DNA of 34,898 nt from Chthoniobacteraceae bacterium (GTDB lineage Bacteria; Verrucomicrobiota; Verrucomicrobiia; Chthoniobacterales; Chthoniobacteraceae), in the NCBI GenBank assembly GCA_031409655.1, contig JANNXQ010000166.1, positions 1 through 34,898 of the forward strand, read 5' to 3'. The notes below the pieces were generated by a model. The model searched no databases, had not been told where the DNA came from, and saw nothing but the letters and a program-made list of their open reading frames with translations. The number at the start of each line of letters is the position of its first letter. Position 1 is the stretch's first letter. A program made the translations under genes and the position numbers. Of the stretch, positions 23,170 to 31,513 are shown piece after piece.

Positions 23170-26100
23170 TTCAGTGCAGTGGTGCTCACGCGCTGCGTCT
23201 CCGTCATGCCGAAGCGCTCGGGATGGTACATCTCCTCGACCTTCGCACTCGGCGCAGTGGCGGCGCCGGCGGCGCGGACTCGGGCAAGGTAGCGGATGGT
23301 GTAGGTGCCGGGGAAAAGCTGATCGCAGAAGAAGAGCGCGCGGTCGTCGCGCAGCTCCTGATGGTCGCTGACCCAGTCGCGACTGAGCGCTGCGCCAGCC
23401 TTCATCTCCTGCGATTTGAAGACGGGATTCACGGCCTCGAAGACGGACGGGAACGGGTCTTCGACGGCGACGTAGCGGGCGGTTTCGCGCGCGGTGAGCC
23501 GCAGCGTGACGAGCACACGGTCACCGACTTTCGCGTCCTTGAGTTCGGACAGGGTGTCGTCGTCCTCGATCTTCGCGTAGCTGCGTTCGAGGCTGTAGCC
23601 GCGATCCTGGCGCGGCTGCTGGATCAGACGCGGGCGCGCCTCGATCTCCACTTCGGTGAAGACACGCTTCTTCTCCGGGTTCGCGATCTTCATCGGCTCC
23701 AGGCCGTTCTTCGCATTGAGCGGGAAGCTGGCGAGGTGGAGCGGCGCATCCTTCGCGAGCTGAAAGGCGCTCGACTGGCCGGCCCACGCCACCGTGCCGG
23801 CGATGGCTTTGTCGCCCGTCTCGACGCGCTTGAAGTACTCGGTGAGTGCGAGCAGCGACCAAGCGTTGCCTTGCGTGGTGCGCCAGTGGCCGCTGGTGCG
23901 CCCGCCGAAGAGATCGGCCACGAGCGCGTCGATCTGCGGCGCGCCGGGCTGATGTTTCGACCACGCGAGCAGGCGCAGCGCGAGGCCGCGCGAGGCATTC
24001 CAAAACATGCCGTCGTCGTGTGTCTTCTCGCCAAGCTTCGGATCGAGCAGTTCATTCACCATCGCCGGTGCGCCGCCACTCTCGAGGATGGCCAGCGCGA
24101 GGATGGCGCGATTTTCCGAAGTGAGCGCGGCGCGGCGGGTGAAGAGCAACTCGTGATACGCGGGCTCCGCGCGGCCCGCGACGGCGAGCATGTAGAGGGC
24201 GAGGCAGCGCTCGTTGAAGGCGTAATGATCGAGCTTGTCCGCGCCTTCGCCGAGACCGCGAAGTTCTGCGCTCACGTATTTGCAGAGGTTGTCGAAGCTC
24301 GCGGCCGGCACCTCGTAGCCGGCGCGCTTTGCCAGCGCGAGGCCGAGGCCGCCGTAGGCGCTGCCCCAGAGCATCGGCTCGCGTCCCCCGGGCCAGTACG
24401 TGAGGCCGCCGGCCGCGGTCTGCATGGTGAAGAGCCGGTCGAGGCCGCGATTCACCACGTTGCGGATTTCGGCGTCGGTCTTTTTTAACTCCGGCAGCGC
24501 GTCGCGGAAATCGCGCAGCGTCAGCCACGGCAGCAAGCTCGAAGTCGTCTGCTCCACGCAGCCATAGGGATAGTGCAGGAGCTGCTCGATGCTCTCCGCC
24601 ATCTCGAGGATGCGCGAATTACTCACGCTCACGCGGACCACGCCGGAGCCGTCGAGCAGCACGGGATTCACGCTCGCGAGTAGCTCGGCTTCGGCGGCAT
24701 CGGTGTGGCTGAGATGCACCTCGCGGAGCAGCGGCACGGGATGGCCGACCTTCAGCGTCGTCTGCACGGTGTCGCGGAAGGCCGTCTTCCCGTCGTCGGC
24801 GAGGAAGCGCGCGGTCCACTTCCACTTCGCAGTTCCGGCGTTCTTAAACTCGACCGGGAAATCCACCGCGGCACTCGCGCGCGCGGCGAGTGGGAGACGG
24901 CGCGTGGTGGTCTCGGCCGTCGCGGTGTCATCGAGTTCGAGCCGCACTTCGACCTCGCCGCTGAACTCCGTCTGATTGTGCAGCACGCCGCGCAGCGCGA
25001 GTTGGTCGCCGATGTTCGCGAAGCGCGGGAGCGCCGGTTCGAGCATCACCGGTTTCGCGATCTCGAAGGCGGATTCGGCGCTGCCGAATTCATCCGTCTC
25101 CGTCTGCACCACGGCCACGATGCGATAGCGCGTGAGGCTGTCCGGCGCAGGGAAAGTGGCAGACACCCGGCCCGCGGCGTCGGTGCGCAGGTTCGCATTC
25201 CAAAAGGCGCAGGTGATGAAATTCTTCCGCATCCGATCACCGCCGTCCTCGCCGCCGCCGCCGATGAGGTAGCCCTTGTTCGCGAAGTCGCGATGCGCGG
25301 GATCTTCATTGAGCAGCGTCGGGATGGTCAGCGCGGTGGTGACGCCGAGCGGCTGTGTCTTATTGAAAAAGGCGAGCGGGTCCGGCGTCTCGTAACCGGC
25401 GAGACTGAGCACGCCTTCATCCACGGCGTAGAGCGTGACCTCGGCACCGGCGCGGGGCTGGCCTTTCCAATCGAGCACTTCGGCGTTGAGCGTCACCTGC
25501 TCGCCGGGCTGCACTTTCGCGGCGGCGGGCTTCACGCTCACGCTGAGTTTCGACTCGGGACGCGTGACCTTCAGGTTGCAGTAGCCCACGCGATACTCGG
25601 GCGATTTGAATTTGCGCGGGCTGTCCGCCGCGCCCCGCAGGAGCATCACGGAGAGGAAAACATTCGGCGCATCCAGGCCCTGCAATGGCACGTCGATGGT
25701 CGGCGCATTGCCGGTGAGCTTCGTGGTGAAGGAACGCAGCACGCCCTCGCGTTCGATGGTCACGAGCGCTTCACCGGCGATCGGCGTTTTGATCAGGATG
25801 CGCGCGGTCTCTCCCGCGTCGTAAGCGAGTTTGTCCGGCACGAGGTCGATCTGAAATTGATTGCGGTAATCCCACTCCGCGACGGCGTCGCCGCTCACGT
25901 AGAAGGTCGTCGAGGTGATCACGTCGCGACCGGCGCTGTCCTTGGCGAGTGCTTCGAGCAGGTAGAGCCCGGGGGCACCGGCGGTGAGCGGGATGCGCGC
26001 GCCTTCATCGGCGACCATCCACTTGTGTTCGCGATGCGCGAGGGCCTGCGTCGTCACCTCCGTCTCGGAGACGACGGTGAAACGCGGCTCGCTGCGATAT

Positions 26101-28865
26101 TCGCTGGCGTGGCCGGCGGTCTCGACGCGGTTGTTCTGCCACTCGATGTGCGTCACGCGGAGCTGCGCGGCTTTTGGCTCTGCCTCTGGGGTGCCGTCGC
26201 TGCGCACGGCGACGAGCGCCACTGGCACCGGCTGGCCGACGCGCAAGACCTCCTGCATTTCCCCGATCCCGAGGTAGAAATCCGAAGCGTGGACGGTGAG
26301 CGTCGTGGAGTTCGAGACGGTCTGCTGATTGATGTCCGTGATCTCGCAAAGCAGCCGGCCTGCGCGCGGCTGCGGCGCCTTGGCATTCACCGGCAACTCG
26401 AATTCCACCGGCACCGTGCCGTCCGCCGCGAGGTCCGCTTTGCCCTGTTTGGAGAAATGCGCGAGGCGATCGAGTTCGCGATTCAGCCGGTAGTCTTCGA
26501 CCGCGTGACAGAACTCGAAGTCGTCGAAGCCCTCGGGCGAAAAGCCTTCGTCCGTCGCCTCGATCGACCAGGTGAGCTGCGCCTTCGAGAGCTTCTTGCC
26601 CATGAAGTACTGCGCGGTGATCGGGATCGAGAGGGGCTGCGCGCCGGTGAAGCTCTTCGGCCCGCCGATGCTGATCTCAAAGGCATTTGGTACGTACTCC
26701 TGCACCTGGAAGAAGTGCTCCGCGAGCGGAGCGGCGTCGCCTTCGCCGAGTAGCTTCAAGGTGATGCGGTAGCCGCCGAGCGTGCCGACGGGGAGCTGGA
26801 TTTCGTCGCTCAGCGAACCGAATGCGGAGAGCGCGACTTCCTTTTTGAAAAACTCCCGCTCCCGCGCATCGATGCCGCGGACTTCCACCTTCGTCGCCGC
26901 CGGAATGCGCGGATGCCCGTCGCGCACATCGCGGACGATGCCCTTGAAATAGACCGTCTCGCCGGGCTTGTACACCGCGCGCTCGGTGAAGAGGAAAATC
27001 TGCCGACCATGGCCGGAGACCGTGCCCTCGTCCCCCTCCTCGTCGTCCATTTCGTGGCGCGGAATGCGGAAGCGCCAGAGCGAGATGCGCCCATCATCGT
27101 CGTGGAGCGGGATGAGATTCAGATCCGCGCCGCGTTGCGCGAGCAGCCAGCGCGCGTTGGTGGAGACGGGGAGTTTCGCGAGCCCGGTGTCGTCCGTCGC
27201 GGCCTCGCCGAGGGTCGCGTGTTTCTCGTCGAGCAGGGTGAGTTTCACGCCGCCGAGATGCCCGCCGCTGGCCAGTGAGAAGGCGTGAACGAAGGTCTCC
27301 TTGCGCGACATTTTCCAAACCACGCCGAGGTCGGTGACCTGCACGATCGCCTGCACCCCGGGTCGTTCGCCGGGGGTGGCGGGTTTGCCGAGTTGCTCGG
27401 CGGTCACGAGCACCACGCCGGTCTGGCCGGGCCCGAGGATTTCATCCCAGTCGAGCGCGATCGTCTGCAGGTCATCCACCTTGGCGGTGCCGACGAGGTC
27501 CTTCTTGAAAATCTCACGCCCGGCGATCTTCGCCGGGTCGATCTTCCGCTGGATCTCGTCGTCCTTCGCATCGGGCGGATTGAGGTAGCGGTCGTAAGCC
27601 GCCAGCGCCTGCGGGAGCGCGTCGGCCTGGAAGAGTTTCGCCGTCACGCGGAGGCGCGGGACATTCACCGCCTGGAGATGAAACTTCCGCGTGCCGGTGC
27701 TGAGCTGCTGCGGAGCGAAGCCCTCGAAGGTCAGCCGCGGCTCCACTTGCTCGAAGACAAACTTCTCTTTGAATGGCTTCGCGAGCGCAAAGGGCTCCGC
27801 CGCGCGCAGCCCGCTGGCCACGGACACCTCGTAGTCGCGCCCGAGCGCAAAGTCGCCCTTCAGCGTCACCGTCGCGGCGACCACCGTGACGGTGAGATTT
27901 TTCGGCTCCGGCTTCACGCGAATCCAGCGCGCGACGGTCTCCGGCTTCACCTCGTCGCTGAGCGGCTTGCTAAAGCGGATTTGGAGACGCCGGCCTTCAT
28001 CGAGATCATTCAGCGCTTCCGTCCCGGCCACTGCGAAAGGCCGCACCGTGCCTACCTCCACGGTGAAAGTCTCCGCGAGCGCCAGCGTCGGGTCCGTCGC
28101 CTTCAGCCCGACGGCCACGACGAGCCGCCAGCCTTCGCCCACGGGCAGCGGTGTCCGCGGTTCGACGAAAAGCTGATTGTCGCGAGAGACATCCTCCGGC
28201 AGCGTGATCCCTGGAGTCGGCGTCGGTCGGGCCGCCTCGAATCGCGCCGCCCAGGTGAGCAGCGAGCGATCATTGCTCTGTTGCACCGGAAAGCGGTGCT
28301 CGGGATGAAAAAGGGCGAGCGCTTGCGTCACTCGCGCTGGAATCGTCTGGCCGGCTTTGTTCACGAAAGTGAAAGCCGCGGCCACGTCCGCCGCGCGCAC
28401 GTCGGCATTGAAGAGCAGATTAAAGGAAGGTCGCGCCGACGCATCGTCCATATTGCGATAGCCCGGCGAGGCCCAACCTTTGATCCCAAATTTGGGAGTC
28501 GTCACCACGGCATCAAGCGTCCCCGCGAAATCCTGTCCGCCCGCATTCCTCAACCCGTCGCGCAGGGCGAACTTGCACGTCGCTTCCAAAGGAAACGCCT
28601 CCTCTGGCGTGAAGACGCCACTGCGCGGACTGAGCCACACAAAGCGCCCTTTGACCGCGGGCGTCGCGACGATCGGCGGCGGCTCCGCGTCCTGGCCGAC
28701 ATCCGCGCCGTCGATCATCGGCTCCGGAAAGCGGAACTCGAAGGTCGTGGTCGGTTCGAGCTGTTTGGTGTTGAGGATGAGTTCGACGGATTTTCCCGCA
28801 GCGAGCGCCGCAGTGGCGAAACCGAGGGACAGGACGAGCGAGGTGAGCAATGACGAGAGGCGCAT
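23166..28865 (-). CDS. Bacterial alpha-2-macroglobulin (YfhM-like), about 1899 aa
   Basis: Signal peptide from ATG at 28865, FTERAVYKPGETV (MG2), YAVDEGVL, PDSLTRYRI, thioester YPYGCVEQ, TTQGNAW and EEMYHPE. Confidence 0.93.
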   Translation of the reverse strand: MRLSSLLTSLVLSLGFATAALAAGKSVELILNTKQLEPTTTFEFRFPEPMIDGADVGQDAEPPPIVATPAVKGRFVWLSPRSGVFTPEEAFPLEATCKFALRDGLRNAGGQDFAGTLDAVVTTPKFGIKGWASPGYRNMDDASARPSFNLLFNADVRAADVAAAFTFVNKAGQTIPARVTQALALFHPEHRFPVQQSNDRSLLTWAARFEAARPTPTPGITLPEDVSRDNQLFVEPRTPLPVGEGWRLVVAVGLKATDPTLALAETFTVEVGTVRPFAVAGTEALNDLDEGRRLQIRFSKPLSDEVKPETVARWIRVKPEPKNLTVTVVAATVTLKGDFALGRDYEVSVASGLRAAEPFALAKPFKEKFVFEQVEPRLTFEGFAPQQLSTGTRKFHLQAVNVPRLRVTAKLFQADALPQALAAYDRYLNPPDAKDDEIQRKIDPAKIAGREIFKKDLVGTAKVDDLQTIALDWDEILGPGQTGVVLVTAEQLGKPATPGERPGVQAIVQVTDLGVVWKMSRKETFVHAFSLASGGHLGGVKLTLLDEKHATLGEAATDDTGLAKLPVSTNARWLLAQRGADLNLIPLHDDDGRISLWRFRIPRHEMDDEEGDEGTVSGHGRQIFLFTERAVYKPGETVYFKGIVRDVRDGHPRIPAATKVEVRGIDAREREFFKKEVALSAFGSLSDEIQLPVGTLGGYRITLKLLGEGDAAPLAEHFFQVQEYVPNAFEISIGGPKSFTGAQPLSIPITAQYFMGKKLSKAQLTWSIEATDEGFSPEGFDDFEFCHAVEDYRLNRELDRLAHFSKQGKADLAADGTVPVEFELPVNAKAPQPRAGRLLCEITDINQQTVSNSTTLTVHASDFYLGIGEMQEVLRVGQPVPVALVAVRSDGTPEAEPKAAQLRVTHIEWQNNRVETAGHASEYRSEPRFTVVSETEVTTQALAHREHKWMVADEGARIPLTAGAPGLYLLEALAKDSAGRDVITSTTFYVSGDAVAEWDYRNQFQIDLVPDKLAYDAGETARILIKTPIAGEALVTIEREGVLRSFTTKLTGNAPTIDVPLQGLDAPNVFLSVMLLRGAADSPRKFKSPEYRVGYCNLKVTRPESKLSVSVKPAAAKVQPGEQVTLNAEVLDWKGQPRAGAEVTLYAVDEGVLSLAGYETPDPLAFFNKTQPLGVTTALTIPTLLNEDPAHRDFANKGYLIGGGGEDGGDRMRKNFITCAFWNANLRTDAAGRVSATFPAPDSLTRYRIVAVVQTETDEFGSAESAFEIAKPVMLEPALPRFANIGDQLALRGVLHNQTEFSGEVEVRLELDDTATAETTTRRLPLAARASAAVDFPVEFKNAGTAKWKWTARFLADDGKTAFRDTVQTTLKVGHPVPLLREVHLSHTDAAEAELLASVNPVLLDGSGVVRVSVSNSRILEMAESIEQLLHYPYGCVEQTTSSLLPWLTLRDFRDALPELKKTDAEIRNVVNRGLDRLFTMQTAAGGLTYWPGGREPMLWGSAYGGLGLALAKRAGYEVPAASFDNLCKYVSAELRGLGEGADKLDHYAFNERCLALYMLAVAGRAEPAYHELLFTRRAALTSENRAILALAILESGGAPAMVNELLDPKLGEKTHDDGMFWNASRGLALRLLAWSKHQPGAPQIDALVADLFGGRTSGHWRTTQGNAWSLLALTEYFKRVETGDKAIAGTVAWAGQSSAFQLAKDAPLHLASFPLNAKNGLEPMKIANPEKKRVFTEVEIEARPRLIQQPRQDRGYSLERSYAKIEDDDTLSELKDAKVGDRVLVTLRLTARETARYVAVEDPFPSVFEAVNPVFKSQEMKAGAALSRDWVSDHQELRDDRALFFCDQLFPGTYTIRYLARVRAAGAATAPSAKVEEMYHPERFGMTETQRVSTTALK

Positions 28866-28937
28866 GGCAAGTGGGTGTTGAGAGACAGAACCGCAACCGA
28901 AGTGTTTCACAAATCTCCGCGCTTTCCACCCGCGAAG

Positions 28938-30749
28938 GTGCCCGACACTCTCTCCGGCGCTGTGGCGAAGCATCGCAGTCCCCTCATCCTCCTGGCGCTC
29001 CTCGCGGCGACGCTCGCGGCGTTTTGGCAGGTGGGGGAATGTGGCTTCGTGGCCTTCGATGATCCGGGCTACGTGCGGGACAATATGATGGTGAACCAAG
29101 GACTGCGCCCGGCGGCGATCTGCTGGGCCTTCACCGCGCCGCACGCGGGGAACTGGCACCCGCTCGCGTCGCTGAGCCACATGCTCGATTGCACGCTTTT
29201 CGATCGCGCTCCCGCGCCGATGCATTGGGAAAACCTCGGCTGGCACCTGCTCAATGTGACGCTCGTCCTGGCGCTGCTGCGGCGGCTCTTTCCGGCGGAG
29301 CAGTGGCCGGCGGCGGTGGTCGCGGGCCTCTTTGCGCTGCATCTCCTGCGCGTGGAATCGGTGGCCTGGATCTCGGAGCGGAAGGATGTGCTGAGCACCG
29401 CGCTCTGGCTCGCCACGCTGCTCGCCTACGTGCGCTGGGTCGGGCGGCCTTCGCGGCGGAGGTCCGGGGTCTTGGCGCTCGGCTTCACCCTCGCGCTCAT
29501 GGCCAAGCCGATGGCCGTGACCCTGCCCGCCACGCTGCTGCTGCTCGATTTCTGGCCGCTGCGCCGCTGGCCGACGCGGAGCTGGGGCGCGCTTTTGCGA
29601 GAAAAGATCCCGCTCTTCGTCCTCGCGATCTTCGGTAGCGTGATGACCGTCTGGTTTCAGCACGAGTCCGGAGCGGCGGAATACGGCGCGCGTTTCTCCA
29701 TCACCGAGCGCTGCGCGAATGCGCTCGTCTCCTACGTCCGCTACCTCGGGAAGACCGTCTGGCCGGAGACGCTCGCGCCCTTTTATCCGCATCCCGGATC
29801 GTGGCCTTGGTGGACGGTACTGGGCTCGGCAGTGCTGCTCCTCGCGGTGAGTGCGCTCGCCTGGCGGGAGCGGGTGCGCCGACCCTGGCTGCTCTTCGGA
29901 TGGTGCTGGTTTCTCGGCACGCTGCTGCCCACCATCGGTCTCCTGCAGGTCGGCGCGCAATCCATGGCCGACCGCTACACCTACATGCCGCTGCTCGGCA
30001 TTTTCATCGCGCTGGTCTGGAGCGGGGCCGAGCTCGCGCGGCAGCGGACTGGGTGGCGGGTGCCGCTGGCGGTCGCGGCGGCACTCGTCCTCGTGGGCTG
30101 CGCGGTGCGCACGGCGCAGCAGGTGGCGGTGTGGAGGACGCCGCTCAGCCTCGTCGAGCATCTGCACGCGGTGGTCGGAGATGATCCTTTCGTGCGTCGG
30201 CTCCAGGGCCGCGCGCTGGCCTTTGCGGGACGTCCGGAAAAGGAGGTGGCGGCACTTTACCGGGGAGGACTCGTGGCTGCGCCGGAGAGCCCATTTTTTC
30301 CGCACGAACTTGCGGTCCACGAAGCGCGCCGGGGGAATTTTGCGGAAGCCCGCAAGCTCCTCGAGCGCGTGCAGACGCTGCGACCGGAGCAGGGCGCGTC
30401 CTCCGCCACGCTCGGCAGCGTTGCGGAGATGGAAGGCCACCTTACCGAGGCCGAGACGCACTATCGGCGCTCGCTCACTCTCGACCCGGGAGCGGCTCGC
30501 GTACACCGTTTGCTCGGGGCGAATCTCCTCCGCCAAGGTCGGAAAACCGAAGCCCGCGACGCCTGCCGCGCCGCCGTGGGACTGGATCGGTGGGATCCGG
30601 TGGCGCTCCATCAACTCGGGGTCATTCACGCCGAGCTGGCGGAAACGGCCGCGGCGCGGGCCTGCTTTGAGCGCGCGCTTTGGATCAATCCCCGCGATCT
30701 CGCGGTAGCTGCGAGTCTGTCCCGCCTGTTCGGGCAGAGCCCGCGATGA
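28938..30749 (+). CDS. TMTC-like GT-C membrane glycosyltransferase with C-terminal TPR repeats
   Basis: FDD after TM1, NWHPL, VESVAWISERKDVL, KPMAVTLP, ADRYTYMP, multiple TMs, then TPRs. Start uncertain (GTG at 28938 or 28962). Confidence 0.8.
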   Translation: MPDTLSGAVAKHRSPLILLALLAATLAAFWQVGECGFVAFDDPGYVRDNMMVNQGLRPAAICWAFTAPHAGNWHPLASLSHMLDCTLFDRAPAPMHWENLGWHLLNVTLVLALLRRLFPAEQWPAAVVAGLFALHLLRVESVAWISERKDVLSTALWLATLLAYVRWVGRPSRRRSGVLALGFTLALMAKPMAVTLPATLLLLDFWPLRRWPTRSWGALLREKIPLFVLAIFGSVMTVWFQHESGAAEYGARFSITERCANALVSYVRYLGKTVWPETLAPFYPHPGSWPWWTVLGSAVLLLAVSALAWRERVRRPWLLFGWCWFLGTLLPTIGLLQVGAQSMADRYTYMPLLGIFIALVWSGAELARQRTGWRVPLAVAAALVLVGCAVRTAQQVAVWRTPLSLVEHLHAVVGDDPFVRRLQGRALAFAGRPEKEVAALYRGGLVAAPESPFFPHELAVHEARRGNFAEARKLLERVQTLRPEQGASSATLGSVAEMEGHLTEAETHYRRSLTLDPGAARVHRLLGANLLRQGRKTEARDACRAAVGLDRWDPVALHQLGVIHAELAETAAARACFERALWINPRDLAVAASLSRLFGQSPR

Positions 30750-30788
30750 CGAAAGGAAATGGCTACCGCGGCGCGGTGGGCGGAGGCG

Positions 30789-31424
30789 TTACGGCGTCTT
30801 CAGGCCGAGCTTCTTCAGCTTCGGGATGGCGACGCCGCGCACGTAGCCCTGGTCCGGATTTCTCCACACGTAATCCTGATGGTAATCCTCCGCCGGGTAG
30901 AATTTTTCCAACGCCGCGATCTCCGTGGCGATGGGTTTCCCGCGGCGCTGCGCTTCGGCCTCCTTGGCGGACTGCGCGAGGCCGCGCTCGGTGTCATTCG
31001 CCGGGAGGATGATCGAGCGATATTGCGGGCCGAAGTCCGGCGCGACGCCGCGGCCATCCGTGGGGTCGTGGGTTTTCCAAAAGAAGGTGAGCAGCGCCTC
31101 GTAGGTCACGACCGCGGGGTCGTACTCGATCTGCACGACCTCCGCGTGGCCCGTGCGGCCACCGCCCACGGCTTCGTAGGTGGGATCTTTTTCGGGGCCC
31201 CCGGCATACCCGGAGACGACACTGACCACCCCGGGTACTTGCTCAAACATGGCCTCCACGCACCAGAAGCAGCCCGCGCCGACCACGGCCTTGGCCGTGG
31301 GACCGCTCCGGGTCGTGGGTGGAGGACGATCGGCAGACGGGGTCGGGCGTTCCGTACAACCGAGCGCGAGGAAGAGTGCGGACAGGCAAGGAAGCAGCGG
31401 GCGGAGAGCGGAGGTAGATTTCAT
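30789..31424 (-). CDS. msrA: Peptide-methionine (S)-S-oxide reductase, probably an exported lipoprotein
   Basis: GCFWC, SGYAGG, PTYE, TGHAEVV, HDPT, QYRS and FYPAEDYHQDY; N-terminal LFLALG-C lipobox-like signal from ATG at 31424. Confidence 0.92.
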   Translation of the reverse strand: MKSTSALRPLLPCLSALFLALGCTERPTPSADRPPPTTRSGPTAKAVVGAGCFWCVEAMFEQVPGVVSVVSGYAGGPEKDPTYEAVGGGRTGHAEVVQIEYDPAVVTYEALLTFFWKTHDPTDGRGVAPDFGPQYRSIILPANDTERGLAQSAKEAEAQRRGKPIATEIAALEKFYPAEDYHQDYVWRNPDQGYVRGVAIPKLKKLGLKTP

Positions 31425-31513
31425 GGCAAAGGTGACAGGGGTTCGATGGGGCAGGACTTGAAATATTCCGGCGACTAAGGAAAGCGTCGCGTGGAAATAC
31501 TCCCGGAGCCCCC

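Noticed and set aside
8804..28853. Many long antisense or alternate-frame ORFs (e.g. 8804-10708, 18052-20481, 20776-23100, 24705-26753)
   Set aside because: They lie opposite motif-supported genes, are Arg/Gly/Ala-rich without family motifs, and are expected in high-GC DNA.
28866..30629. 588-aa N-terminal extension making the macroglobulin a 2487-aa ORF
   Set aside because: It is the antisense shadow of the TMTC-like gene; a clear signal peptide begins at ATG 28865.
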